This document shows, one piece after another, positions 12,343 to 25,737 of a stretch of 64,000 nt of DNA; the stretch's first letter is position 1; every line of letters begins with the position of its first letter. The notes beneath the pieces were generated by a model. It saw nothing but the letters and a program-made list of their open reading frames with translations. It had not been told where the DNA came from and ran no database searches. Where the stretch lies: NCBI GenBank assembly GCA_030265395.1, contig JARFYF010000074.1:66214295-66278294 (forward strand), given 5' to 3'. The translations under genes and the position numbers were made by a program. Origin of the DNA: Rhina ancylostomus. Lineage: Eukaryota.

Positions 12343-13719
12343 CTGAAATAAGCATGTGAGACTGAATTTTAAAATGAAAATGACAATGGATTTTGCGGAA
12401 GAATGGCTGACTCGTATACACGACAGAACTATCTCTGATTCACTTTAAAAAAATCTCAGCACAAAGACGATTATTTATCTAAAAACTTCCTTCAGACAAA
12501 GCCAATTCTTTTGTCAAATGTCTTTTACTGCTTTGCTGAGAATGCTATAAATGAGACAATGAGCTCACAGCTAATGCAAATCAATCCTTTGTGAATCAGT
12601 TCTGGAGATATTTTGTGATTGACCTCCTAATGTGTGTAAGCAGTGGATTAGCTTAAGCTTATAAACAGGACTGCAGCCTGATTTAATCTTTACAAGAAAG
12701 CTGAATGCAAAATAAACAGGAAACTATCCTGCTGAATAGAGGTAAAATTGGGTTGGAGGAGGAGCAGGGTGTGGTGGTAGGTTGGTGGTAGAAAGGATCA
12801 ATGGAATCATACAAAGGCTTGACCATGAAAGTGTGACTTACTTGTTGAGAGATCAGCTTTGGCTCTTTAAAAAATTACATGTGCGGGAGAGGTAACAGAG
12901 GGCATGGGCGTACGTAGGACAGTAAGAACATGTAAACTGTTTGGGCAGGCTGACCTACTTCTGCACTGTAGATTCAGATCAGGACTTGTGTGTACATGGG
13001 AGTGGAAATCTGAAATTCCATACTTAGGTTAGCTGTACTTTGTGTGCTGAAAAGCAGTTGAGAATGTAAATAAAATGAATCCTTACGCAAATGGGCACAC
13101 AGTCTGGATATATACTCAAATAATCAAATCTAAGTTAAAATGAGATTCTACTTGAGTCAAGAGATTTTTGCACAAACAGGGAGTGTTTTAGCTCAAGACT
13201 TAGATTAGTATTTGCACTTGAAATTCTGTGATGGCACAGTAGAATTTTGAAATTTACAGAATGTAGAAGATGGGGTGGCAGCAATAGACTGGTTGAATCT
13301 GGAAATGGCAGAAAGGTGAAGAACACTGACTGGATGAAGAACCCTACATGGAGTGGCAGGAAGGATAAATACAGGAGGAATGGGAGGTGAACTCACTGAG
13401 GACTTTGAAAAGGAAACAGATTGGAAATGGGGCAGTAGATAAGAAAGTGAAATTGCGCCTGCTTTATTTTAGAGTTAATATTGGCTTCTAATTAGCCTGC
13501 AAATCCTTCCATCACTTTATAATATTCTCCATGAGAAGAAAGAAAGATACAAAAATAATATGAAAGGTACAAAAATAATAATTCATAATATTCTGGGTTG
13601 CTAATTCTCAAATCCATTGTGAAGCCTGGTTGCAATATGAGGAACCTTTATTTAAGACCTGAATTCATTCTGTGTTTCTGATGGAAGATAAGAAAAAATC
13701 TAAAGCTGTATAGTGACCT

Positions 13720-14110
13720 CGGGTTATCGTAAGTGCTGTCAGTCATTTCTGACATGTAGCTGCAGTTATAACACAGGAAACATAGCATCCAATAAGCACA
13801 CATTAAAAGGCCATAAAAGGCAATATAACAATAGCTAATATTATGGTGAAAGAAATATACTGGCCAAGAAAATGGGGCAACTGCCATCCTTTCTTATTGA
13901 AATAGTGCTGCAAGTCTTTTTATATCTACTCAAATGGGCAGTTGGAGCCTCAGTTTTAACATCCTGTCAGAAAGATAACACCTCAACATGTTTTACTCCC
14001 ATTTTAAGGCACTGGAGTGGCAGCCTAGGCTTTGAGCTCAAGTCTCTATATTGATGGATGAAACACAATATTCCAAATCAGAGGCAACAGAGCCACAAAT
14101 GGGTCACAAT
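13720..14110 (-). mobile_element. Deu-type SINE, diverged
   Basis: Reverse-complement similarity to the SINE at 11645 (ggagcctcagttttaacatc, cactggagtggcagcctagg, ctcaagtctct). Confidence 0.55.
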
Positions 14111-14819
14111 TAACACCTCAATGTTCAACTTGTACAGTCATGGTTGAATCTTTCTTGTGGCAGCAACAATGAAAGAAATGTCAGCCCAAGGGATCAAGCA
14201 TGACTTTTTTTCCTTAATGTGAGTCAAAAACTCTCAGGACAGCCTAGATCCTAACCTTGTCCTTTAATTACATCCTGGTTCACATAGAAACAAAGGCTTA
14301 TTTATTGCTGCTGCTTTGTGGAGATTGTATTCAGCTTTAGGGTCAATGTAACCCTGATGGAATGCAGAAAGTTACTGTTTACACAGAGGGCTATCCTCTG
14401 AGTCAATTCACAGTACCATAAATGTAAATGAGGTGTCTGACGCATGCATTGAATTTAGATTGAGGTAACAGAAATAGAAGAGATGGACTTCACCTTTGTT
14501 AAGTTGCAGTGTACACCCCGCCCCCACCACCCCAAACATCAGACAGAAATTTAAACTGCAATTAGTACAATAAGCTCTACATTCTTTGCTGTAGTACCAA
14601 AGTCAATTTGCAAAATAAACACAAATTGACAGAAAAAGTGTGGTAAAACTAAGGAAAATACCACTCAACATATTAGTACAGCAGAGGACAAGCTATCAGG
14701 GAAGAAAATGCAGTTTGTAGTAATAAACTGGTGGCAATAGCTGGTGCAAAGGCAAGAAGTCATGCAGGTGGAAACAAGTTACATTGAAGCAGTGCGCATC
14801 ATTGTCCTCAGAACATCTT

Positions 14820-15200
14820 AAAATATTGATGTATGTTTATTGCTAATGAAAGAAATAAAGCAGGTAGTTTGTGTGCTGTAAACTCCCACAGACAACAATG
14901 ATATATTAATCAGTTAATCGGTTTTATTGTCATTGGTTCAAGAAGAAATGCTGATCAGGCTACCAGGGAAATTCACCTGCTCTTCTTTGAATAGGGTGAT
15001 GGTGTCTTTTATATCTAGCCGAGAAAACAGATGAGGACACAAGTTTAACCTCATAACTAACAATGGCATATCTGATAGTCTAGTACTCTCCCACTTCTGC
15101 ACTGGGATGTCAGCCTGGATTATGGGGTCAAGTCTCAGAAGTGGAGCTTGAACCCACGACCATCTGGAGTCAGAAGCAACCCACAGAACCACAACTGGCC
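14820..15200 (-). mobile_element. Deu-type SINE, diverged
   Basis: ctgcactgggatgtcagcctggattatggggtcaagtctcagaagtggagcttgaacccacgacc..ctggagtcaga, a reversed tRNA head with B box. Confidence 0.7.
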
Positions 15201-17133
15201 TACAGATGGCTAACATAAAGCCATGTACTTCTAGGTGGAAAATTCATACCCATTTCTGGTGCAAGGAAAGTTTTATTCCTAAGTGATGTTGATAATATTT
15301 TTCCTGGAAGACTGAAATGGGGTTACATCCTAACATTTTTACTATGAATTTTAGTAGGTTATTCCACTGTGAAAAGAATCATAGCAAAGTACATTTTTTG
15401 GCCTCACACAAATCCATATGCATACTAGTTCCAGCAAGAATTACAAAATCAAACAAACAGTCTTAGGAAAGGCCGATGCTCCTTTCCTATTTCTAGACTT
15501 GGAGAACCCAGGTCTGGTCTGTCCATTGAATTCTGCTCCAAGGGCCAGTACTAACTCAAATACTTCAGGCAATTACTATAGAGGAGTATGTGATTCAATT
15601 TCCCATTGCTTTCCTCAGGGTTTTTTTTAAATCACAGTAGCACCCTCACCATGCTAGTGAACGGCTTCTGACCATTCACTACTCTGAGGTAATTCACTCA
15701 AACCCATTTGTAAATTCCTTTGCTGAGCATCAAAGGATATTGAGAAACAGCATCCTGACCTCCATTCAAAACATTTGTCCAGAGGGTGATAACTACCTGT
15801 GTTGTTGCTAACTATCACTGAAAGTTAGTTCTCTTATTTCTCATAGCATAAAAAAGCTGTTTAGCCCATTGAGTGTATGCCAGCTCTCAGAGCATTCCTA
15901 CCTGTCCCATTCCCCCACTTAATTCCCTGTACCCTTTTCTCTCTCATATGTGCATCACTTTCCCCCAACTCACCTGCTACCCACCTACTAGTCCTATCAT
16001 TTAATGATCAACAATCCATTTTTCACTAACCCTAGTCTAGTAATTCTCGTACCATCCCAACAGATTCTGCAAGTTGGAAGTGCTCTTACAAAAGAGCATA
16101 ATCACAGAGATATCCTGTTAGTTGTAAACATATTCTGTATCCTGTTGCATAGTAGGCATCTATATATGTTGGCTATACAACCCTTACTCACAAAACACCA
16201 CAGATCTTAGCAGTATTGATTTATATAGACAAACCAAGTACAAAGCCAGAGGAAAGGTTGCAATGAAACAGTGGAATGCAGGACAGTCTTGGTTTTCAAG
16301 TAAAATCTCTTGAGAAACATTATGTAGGAGCATACTGTAGTGTAAAAAGCTCTGCCCTAAAATCCCAGGCTCTTGAGACACACAGACACAAGCATTCTCT
16401 TTTAAGCAAATGTACAAAAGTCTGACCTCTCCCAAAGAAAATGCTGAAATTCAGCAGTAAAGAAAATTATTAGCATGGACAGATGGAGTTAACTGGCAGC
16501 ATTTGGTCCCTAATTATCACTTCCTGGCTGCTTGCCTTTTACTCAGTACCCAGGAGACCTTGGCTATTCAATTTTTCCTTTTCTTCTGGCTTATTTTTTT
16601 TATTATTTTTCTCCACTTATATGCTTCAGTTTCTTTCTGAATTTACTCCTGGAATGAAATTGTCATTGGCAACAAACAACTTCCATTCTCCAACCCACAT
16701 TTGGCTAAGGATGACAGCTTAGAAGGCACCTTCTGATATCAGCTAAGAGTCAACAATATTGAAATGGAACACATGTAAGCCAGATCAAGTAAGGACTGCA
16801 CAACCCCTTCCCGAATAGTGCTCATGAAACATTGGACTTCTGCAAAATTCTAAACCTTCTGCTGTCTCCTTTACTGAAATTAGCTTCTTTGTTCCAAATG
16901 CAAATCACCACCATGGGTTTACAATCTCTAGTTTACTGGACAGGTACTGGATTGCTACTCCTGTTCTATAATAACTACACTATCCCACCTCCTAAAGCAA
17001 CAGTGACTCTAATCATTACATCATATTAAAAACTAGAGCTATTCCATTTACAGATGTAAGCAGGAACATTTTTTCCAAGTTTAGTGGAAATAATAGTCTT
17101 ACATCAGTGGATTATTCTTGAAGAGAGTCTCCA

Positions 17134-17393
17134 TGTCACAATGTTGAGCAAATTCACAGAGAACCCAAATGCGGCACACTGATACAAGACTGGAGTCAGG
17201 ATACTTCCTCAGGACAAACACANNNNNNNNNNNNNNNNNNNNNNNNNNNNNNNNNNNNNNNNNNNNNNNNNNNNNNNNNNNNNNNNNNNNNNNNNNNNNN
17301 NNNNNNNNNNNNNNNNNNNNNNATGGAATCCATGTGCTGGACAACAAGGCATTAATGGAGCCAAATTGAGGGCCAGAACTCAGAACCATGACA
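17134..17393. mobile_element. Solo-LTR family copy 2 (internal 100-N gap)
   Basis: TGTCA...TGACA termini; 5-bp TSD CTCCA at 17129-17133 and 17394-17398. Confidence 0.9.
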
Positions 17394-17559
17394 CTCCAGA
17401 TATGTGGAGTGACTGAACTATAGGTTCACAATGATCTTAATGAGACTGAATAGGCTGCTCTTGTTCCTATTTTCCTACAGGCTCCATAAAAAATAAGTAA
17501 TGTCCCTGCTACCCTGACCTTTACTTAAGGTCAGTGCCATACATCTCCTCTTGCACTTA

Positions 17560-18000
17560 AAATGGACAGCTACTTTTATATTCTATGGATGCAGTTCTTC
17601 TGTCTGCACTGTGCACTTTCATTAAGTACAGACCCACATTATTATCTGACCCACTGGTGTGTAGATGCAGATCCATTCTGTGATGCTCCCAGTGGAGTCC
17701 TATAGGTTCAAGTCCACTTGGATTCCCCCATGATGGGTCTGTAAGTTCAGAGCTGTATTGCAACATGTTGGGTGGCTACAGGTAAAGACCCAGTCTACAG
17801 CTCCATCATTGCCCCTGCCATAAACATGCAGTTAATACAAACCCATTTTGTGATTCCTCCCTGTGCCATTTGTACAGATCCACAGTGACCCCCAATGCCA
17901 CCTCTGCTAGTACCATATTCATAACATCTTTGTCTCTCTTCCAGGAAGTCTCTAAATAAAGACCCATATTGTGGTTCCTCCATATTACATGCTAATTCCC
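17560..18000 (-). mobile_element. Possible Harbinger Myb/SANT partner-gene remnant
   Basis: Weak resemblance (SLFRDFLEERQR; LAEVALGV) to the Myb-like N-terminus of the Harbinger accessory protein. Confidence 0.25.
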
Positions 18001-20129
18001 TGAATGTCCTGTGCTGTCTATATTAGTACTGACTCGCTCAAGTATCTAAATACAGACTCACTCTATGAATTCCCCTATTCACTTACAATGATAACAGAAC
18101 CTCTCCATGAGACCCTTGTCACATCACTCCATTGAGCAAAGCCCAGAAACCTGGAAGGAGACCATGGAATCTCACTGAGGAATCTGAGCCACAATAAATG
18201 TTGGCTTTTGGTATAATCACCAATTTGAGCCCATTTGACAAAAAAGAACTTGCATTTACTTAATGCCTTTCAGCACCCCACGACATTCCAAAATGTTTTT
18301 CATGCAAGTATTTTTGAAGTGTAGTTACTGTTGCAGGGAGAAATGTTAGCCAGGACGTGGAGGATAACTCCCATTTTCTTCCTCATAATATTGAGTCATG
18401 ATTCTATTATATCATTATGAGAGAACTTATTCCACATCTGAATGATGGCAGTTCTGACAGTGTAGTATTCCTCAGAATTGTCAAGCGGCCATCTGCTTAA
18501 CTAAAGTCTCTGGAAAAAAGAGAGGAACCAAAATGCTGCATTTACTTAGTTACNNNNNNNNNNNNNNNNNNNNNNNNNNNNNNNNNNNNNNNNNNNNNNN
18601 NNNNNNNNNNNNNNNNNNNNNNNNNNNNNNNNNNNNNNNNNNNNNNNNNNNNNGGAACCAAAATGCTGCATTTACTTAGTTACTTAGCCCCTTTTACCAC
18701 TTCAAGGATGTCATTAGACAGCAAAATAAGTACTTTAAAATGCGATTAATGCTGCAATGTATGAACATTTGGCTGCTGCTTTGTACTAGAAACAATTTAA
18801 TAAACTACCAAATCAGAGTATTTCTGTTCTTCTTCAAATAGTGCCTGGGATTTTAAAAATCTACACAACTCTCAGAGCTAAAACCAAGTATTAGGTTTGG
18901 GACTGTCAACTCCATTCAGACTCAGGAAACAAAGATGGCACACTTAAATGAAAGGCTGCTCCATAAATATTTGAAAATTTTGCAGAACTGTAACACGTTT
19001 CTTTAGATGCAAATCTTTTCATGGCAGAGCATTAAAAATGTAATGTGCGTAGTTATCCTGTGATAACTCATTCATAGTAGCAAATGGAAGCAGACTATTG
19101 TTCTGCTGGTTGCCAACATAAACCCTGTTAAGCCAAGAAAAATCATGGTGCCTTCATAAAGTCAGTGCATCATTAAATTTGCTTTCCTGCCACTGTACAT
19201 TGTGAAGGGGTTAGAACCTGGGCCAAAAGCACTATCACAGCAATCTCACAACCTGTGCTCAATTCAAAGACCATTATGTAACCTAGATGACATATTGTTG
19301 CTGTGTGCACTCACAGTTTCTGCAAAATCTTATGTCAATGCTTTATGTCCATGTCCATACATCCAAAAGTTCTACAATACAATTGCTTTTGGATTTGGTG
19401 AGCATTTTGTTAATAAAACAGGGATGAGATGTTGATAAATCATGTTACATTTTAACCAGGAACACTTTTTCCCTGTCTGCATAGTACAGCGTTCCAACAT
19501 AGTGGTAAAATTTCCAGATTAATAATCTGTAAATCTGAACTAAAAGGTGTTCAAAATAATGAATGATCTAGAAAGAATAGATAAGAAACTTTTTTTTAAA
19601 CTGCAGGAAGCTCAGCAACCAGAAAATACAATTAGCAAAAGAATCAGTGGAGAAGATGAGATTTTGTTTGAAAAATTACAATATGAACTGAAATGCAGTG
19701 CCCAGATGCTTGGGCAAAATATGAATCCTCAAAAGAAAATCCAGAGATATAAAGCTATATTGAGTCTCTGAATTATCCAAGCAAACCACTCACGTGTCTA
19801 AACACCAGAACAAAGTGCACCAGTTTAAGAAGGCCCACAGTTATCTTTTTAGATTAAGCAGGAAGGCCAAGAAATGCTGGTGTTGTCTCCAGAATGAGAA
19901 CATAGCAATACAATTAAAGAAGTAACTAAATAGAGCAGCCAATCTGTACTCAGAAAGGTCTCAAGTACAGCATGTGCATGACTGACAAGATTATCTCCTC
20001 TTGCTCTGAGGAGAGCGTTTTCTTCAGGATACATAACACTTGGCAAATTGAAACAGAAGGAGACTGCTCTGTAAAAACTTGTCAAAGTGCCTTTCGTAGT
20101 CTCTATTAATGTCATGGAATAAACTCCCT

Positions 20130-20640
20130 CAATTGTGCCCAATTTTGGGCACTATAATTTAGAAAGGATTAGAAGGTCTTGGAGAGGACACAGACAGAAT
20201 TTATGCCAGCGCTTTCAAACATGTGAGACTTCAATTATTTGGAGAAATTAAAGAAGTTACGATTGTTCTCCTTAGAACTGAGAGGTTTTGGATAAAATAA
20301 TAAAGATGTTCAAATTATAAGGGACAATGATAATTGGAAAACTGCTTCCACAACAGGAAATTACAAACAAGAGTACAAACCTTTAAGGCAATTAACAACA
20401 GAGCAACTGGGATGATGGAGAAAATCTTCTTTTACAGTGAGTTTGTTACGGTTTGAAGCATCCTGCCTAAAAGTGTATTGTAAGCAGATTTAATTGTAAC
20501 TTTCAAAAGAGAATTTGACACATAACTGAAAACAAAGAAATTGCAGGTAAACTCTCCAGATGGACAGGAATGCAGAGTTGAGGTTATAATTAGCCAAGAT
20601 CTTATGAAATGGAATAGCAGGTTTAATTCATTTCTAAGTG
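20130..20640 (+). mobile_element. Old CR1 3' fragment
   Basis: ttgtgcccaattttgggcac..tttagaaaggat..cttggagagg; ttgttctccttaga..gagaggtt; taactttcaaaagagaatt.gaca. Confidence 0.75.
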
Positions 20641-20679
20641 GCGAACAAGCTGGGAACTGGGACTTATTTACTGCAGTAC

Positions 20680-21010
20680 AGAAGGAGGCCATTCAGCCCA
20701 TCAGATCCATGCCAGCTCCCAGCAGCAGAATCACATTAGTCCCATTCTCCCAGTAGCTTACTTTTGCTCACTTGTTCATCAACTCCCCTTTGGTTCTATT
20801 GCCTTGTTAACATTAAGGAGTAAATTTACAGGGGCCAATTATCCTTCCAGCATGTCTTCAGAAAGTGGGAGTAAGACAGGCCACCTTGCAGAAACCCATG
20901 CTTTCAAAGGGATAACAAGTAATCTCCAAACAGATACCACTGGAGGTCAGGATTGAACCCAGGTCCCTGGACTTGTGAAGCAACAACAGTAACTGCTGTG
21001 CTTCTACGCC
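20680..21010 (-). mobile_element. HE1-like V-SINE
   Basis: Reversed tRNA head ggaggtcaggattgaacccaggtccctgg, V-domain gaaacccatg...ctccaaacaga, and CR1-derived tail ggaggccattcagccca. Confidence 0.75.
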
Positions 21011-21115
21011 ATCACTAACTGATTAGCTCTTTCAGAAAGCAGGCAAAGGCAGACTGAGAAGACTAGAATGATCTATATAATTTGGTGACATTACTCAAAC
21101 CAATCAATCCTGTGA

Positions 21116-21315
21116 CAAAAACAGAAAATGCTGGAAATATTCAGCAGGTCAGGCACACCTGTGGGAAGAGAAACAGAGTCAATGTTTCGGGTTGGAGACC
21201 CTTCATCAGAAATATTGACTCTTTCTCTTTCTGCGGATGCGGCCTGACCTGCTGAGTATTTCCAGCATTTTCTCTTTATTTTAGATCTCCAGCAGCTGCA
21301 GTTGTTTTTGAATTT
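21116..21315. mobile_element. Fold-back (inverted-repeat) Penelope-derived element with a hammerhead core
   Basis: Arms at about 21123-21188 and 21209-21273 are reverse complements. Minus strand centre CTGATGAaGGGTctccaACCCGAAACatt. Perfect 15-bp TSD caatcaatcctgtga at 21101-21115 and 21316-21330. Confidence 0.85.
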
Positions 21316-21479
21316 CAATCAATCCTGTGAGATTCACTCATTCATAGTAGAAGCAGAAGAATCAATTTTTGATTATAACAGTTGCAGGTGGTCCAAAATG
21401 TACTAGTGCATGTGAGGCAAAACTCCCACTGTTTTCTACTCTTTGGAATTATACCTTACACAAAAAGAAGATTGTTGTG

Positions 21480-21890
21480 GTAATCAGAGGTCAATCATTT
21501 TAGGCACCAGGACATAGAATCATAAATGCCTTACAGCAAGTTGAGTCCCTGCCAACTGCTTGTAGAGCAATCTATTCAGATTCAATCTATTCAGCTGCCC
21601 TGGGCCCAATGTCAACTGCTTTATCAATAACTTTCCCTCCATAAAGTTAGAAATGGGGATGATAACTGATGACCTCATTCTGATCACAACTCCTGAGATC
21701 ATGAAGTAGTCCATGCCACAAGTTATAAATTTTCTCACTGCGAATGTATTAAGATCCTGGAGCTCCCTACATACCAACACTGTGTGAATACCTTCAGCAC
21801 CATAACTGCAGTGGTTCAAGAAGACGATTCCCTCTGCCTTGAATGGAAAGAAACAAATCTCAGCTCTGCAGACCACTAATGGCCTGCATT
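21480..21890 (+). mobile_element. CR1/L2-group LINE fragment (same family as 3029-3800), internally deleted
   Basis: Shared motifs ccaggacat, tgggcccaa..aactgctttatcaataactttccctcc, ctgcagtggttcaagaag. Confidence 0.55.
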
Positions 21891-22026
21891 CCAATGAATT
21901 TGGGACAAGTAGGATTGGCGCCATCCAGTTATCAAACAGGCTGTCCGGCTAATAGTCGTGTTATCTGAAAATCTGCCAAAGTGTAAACCTTAAACCTAAA
22001 GACTAAGTTCTAAATAACAATCTTAC

Positions 22027-22068
22027 TGAATATATTTATCCAGTTGCTTTCTCACTGTGATTTCTTTG
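22027..22068 (-). CDS. Candidate 42-nt internal coding exon (xKEITVRKQLDKYIx)
   Basis: Strong acceptor tttgactttctttttcag| and donor |gtaaga. Only the phase 2-2 frame is open, and it is frame-compatible with the candidate terminal exon at 12279-12342. Confidence 0.35.
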
Positions 22069-22242
22069 CTGAAAAAGAAAGTCAAAGTTTAGCCAAGACC
22101 TCTGACATCATCTACCTGGTTCCTCTCCTACAGGCTCCTGCATTCTATTTTGTGTCAGACCTGGTAAAAGGTGGTCGATGTACAGACAAATTGAAATCTC
22201 GCAAGCAGTAGGGATCAAATCACTAACCATTTAAGACTTTAT

Positions 22243-22539
22243 TGTCACAATGTTGATCGAGAGCAAACTCACAACAAACTAAATACGGCACACCGATACA
22301 AGACTGGAGTCAGGATACTTCCTCAGGACACTTCCTCAGGACAAACGCAGGCAGTAACTGGANNNNNNNNNNNNNNNNNNNNNNNNNNNNNNNNNNNNNN
22401 NNNNNNNNNNNNNNNNNNNNNNNNNNNNNNNNNNNNNNNNNNNNNNNNNNNNNNNNNNNNNNGTCCAGCATGGAATCCATGTGCTGAACAACAAGGCATT
22501 AATGGAGCCAAATGAGGGCCAGAACTCAGAACCATGACA
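22243..22539. mobile_element. Solo-LTR family copy 3 (internal 100-N gap)
   Basis: TGTCA...TGACA termini; 5-bp TSD TTTAT at 22238-22242 and 22540-22544; private 13-bp tandem duplication acttcctcaggac. Confidence 0.9.
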
Positions 22540-25500
22540 TTTATAGCCCTTCTGAAGTTACCCTAAGGGCTAACTGGGTGAGTCAACTTAGGGAAAGGCA
22601 ACCACATTGGAATGGAACTGGCTAAGGCTAATGGCTAGCAATTGTAGAGGGCCATTGCAGGTGTGTATTAGGGTTCAAATGCAGGGGGAGAACAGAGGAC
22701 TGGAGGTCAGGTCCCATTGGAGGCCTGGACAATGTTAGGCATCAATGCATCAGGGGTGGTTGGGAATGGATGGGAAGTGGGGTATGGTATTGTCCAGCAG
22801 ATAATTCAAGGTCATCAACTAACTGAGGCCAAAGAAGCCAGGGATGGATGGGATGATTGGTGATCTGGAGATTGGGGTTGATTGTGGCTGTTGAATGATT
22901 GGTCTGTCAGAGTTATCAGGGTATTGGGGAGTTGATAGATGGAGAGTGGGGGTTGTTGCCAAGGTGATCAAGGAATTGCAGGTTAGGAGGTTTTGCGCTG
23001 ACATCAGTGGCATTGCAGATTAATAAAGTTACAGCCACTATTAACACAATCCTCAATCAGAGCATTTATTACAAAAATTTTACTTCAGTTGACTGCAAAG
23101 GGAAATGGAAAGCAACTGCGCTAAAACATGGATCAAATATACTGTAAGGATGCAGTCTGACTACATTGTGTATTTCGTGGGTGGTGGGTGGGGGGGCTGC
23201 ATTGTGGGTGAAAGTGTAATACCCTCGGAGGCCTCGTTGATGGGCATCTCACATCTGGGTTGAGGTGCAAGGCCATCTTTAGAAAACAAAGAAGGAATAA
23301 AGTTAATGTTGGGTATTCCTGAAATGGTATGCAATATTTCCACAAACTATCTACAAATTTACCTGACTAAGCAACAATTAACTGATTGGCCCACTGACTT
23401 TACTAAGTGACAATTAAACCACAGTTCTGCTGTTGAGCAAAGAAAGATTTGTTGGTGTTCACATCAGAGCTTGCGTGAAGCATGGTGGTCACGTAATTCA
23501 AATCCATCATTCCATTTCTAAGGCATTGGTGGCACACTGCCAGAAATATGCTGATGAGGGCTCCAAGAAGCAGATCCAGGACATCATTGGATAACACAAT
23601 AGGACTGTTATTTACAGATCCTTGTCATTGTGAGGGCAAGAAATCTTGAGGACCTGGTGCCTATCACAATACTAGAAATCTTGCTGTTAAATATGTTGTT
23701 TTGATTTATCGTAAAGGAATATGGAGCTGTCAAGAAAAGTCTTAGTAGCAGAATAGGTCACCGTATATTATGTAATGGGGCACTCCTGCTCTTATAGATT
23801 CCCCAGGAGCACCTCCAAAAGTTATCTACCAGTCCTACTAAAATAAAATGAAAATATCAATCAAGATCAGAACTATCACAAATCAAGATGCCTGTGTGAA
23901 ATTTTACCCTTCATCACTTGAGCAGGAAAGTTGGTACTAACCCAATGAACTCCATCTGGTCTTTTTCACTCTCTGACAGCTCCTTTGCATATTGTGTGCA
24001 AATCTTTACAGAGTTTCCACAGTTCTCTGGTACACTTAGGAACTGTGTGAATAATGGCATTGGTAATTAAAGCATTTCTGGCATTCCCTCCTGAGGTCAG
24101 CAAGTGAAACCATATCCCAAGGGTGCAGTTGCGCAAAAACACTGCTGTCAGATTACTATCATTGAGTGCATATGTGAATCTACCAAAGCTGCTACACTAA
24201 ATATAGGAAAAAGAGTGGGATGCTGGTTTTTGGGGATTGATGAATATGCTCTTTATTTTTATTAAAATGGCTTATATCTGCCAGAGTTTCCACAAAGAAA
24301 ACTTGGCCACCATCATGGGATCCTTGGACATTCCAAATCTCTTAAAGTAGTAGATTTAACAGAGGATAAATTTTGCTCCTCATTAAAAGAGTGGTCCCTG
24401 CAGATGTGATTTATCAAATGGATCATTTACATAGAATCCTACATCCAGAAAACCTTGGAGATAGCCAAGGGGTTTTTGAGATCCCTGCTCACTTGTAGTC
24501 AGCCGCTGCATAATTTCAGTCCTGATTTAGTTTTACTTCACACTCTTTACTTTTAAAATACTTGGATCTCCTCCTAAAGCTAAGGGATATTAGTACTGGA
24601 GGAAGAAAGAATATTGATACAAGCTCTAAATCTCACTTAATCTCACCCTTGAATTGTGATTCTATTTGAACAGAAGGGCAAAGACGATAAACAAAGTTAC
24701 ATAACAAAGAGCTATTTTATCCCTAATCTTCATTTACTTCATCTGATCTGCTTTATCTGTATTTGGGAACCAATATAAAGCAAATTCTTAACTCCATATT
24801 GAGCAAGGCAACTTTCATTACGAGAATTACTGACCTACCAAATACAACTCCAAAGAAGTATACAATGGCAACTTCTAGAGTATTACAATTAATGCACAAT
24901 GTAGTATGATGTCACAGTTAGTGTTGTAGCATATAGCAAAACACCATTATTACAGTGCATATAATTTAGCTTGTAGATTTAACCAGAATCATGATATTTA
25001 AATGTGGTATGGAAGGAGCATTGCATTGTTGGAGGATCTGTCTTTCAAATGAAATAATAAACCAAGTCCAATGTGCCCTCTCAGGTGAATGTAAAAGATC
25101 CAATGGTACAACACTGAATAGATTGTAGATACAGACTGGGGGATTGGCTGTTGGCAGTAAGTGGGGTAAAGGAATCTGGGTAGGGAGTTGCAGTTCTCAA
25201 TATTGGGAAGAGTCAGGCAATTGTCAGGGAGTAAGGGGATGGGGAGAATTGCTGGGGTAACGGCAGGAAGGGTAGTGCTGGGCAGTTCTTTTGCACTGGT
25301 AGGAAGTGTCCAGGTTCCCAAAATATCGGGCATTTGAGAGACAAAGAAGTACTCTAAATGGCACTTGCATACACTCTCTTTGTACACATGCAGCGCCAGC
25401 ACAGACCCTTCCCCACACCACAGACTCAGCTGGGGTCAGTGTTGGAGAGTCCCAGCTGATGCCATCCCACGTTCTTTGTTGCTCTTGCAAAAATCATAGT

Positions 25501-25688
25501 TTCTCTGTGAGGTGAATTTGTGCAGCTCTGGTTAACAAGAATGTGTTAATGCTTGTGTTAAAAGATAGAGTGAAAAAAACCACATACGTCATTAATATTT
25601 TAGTTCTAACATCAACTGAAAGGTTTCAGCTTAGTGCTAAATAAAGAGATGTGTGAAGTCACACGGGAAAGCTAGTTAGCACATTGTT

Positions 25689-25737
25689 CTGACAAAAGGT
25701 CTATGACCTGAAATGTTAACTGTTTCTCTTTCCACGG
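25689..25737 (+). mobile_element. Penelope-derived terminus, 5' half (continues at about 27370-27407 after a CR1 insertion)
   Basis: ctgacaaaaggtctatgacctgaaatgttaactgtttctctttccac ... gctgcctaacctgctgagagtttccaatattttctg. Confidence 0.65.

Noticed and set aside
12842-13110. Other tiny AG..GT-bounded minus-strand segments (23 and 17 nt; also near 19315, 24493, 30834, 40824, 60896)
   Set aside because: They have stops, weak acceptors or incompatible phases. They show that such signals arise readily by chance here.
18524-18683. 30-bp direct repeat on both sides of a 100-N gap
   Set aside because: Most likely an unmerged contig overlap. A TSD around a hidden insertion cannot be excluded but is unsupported.
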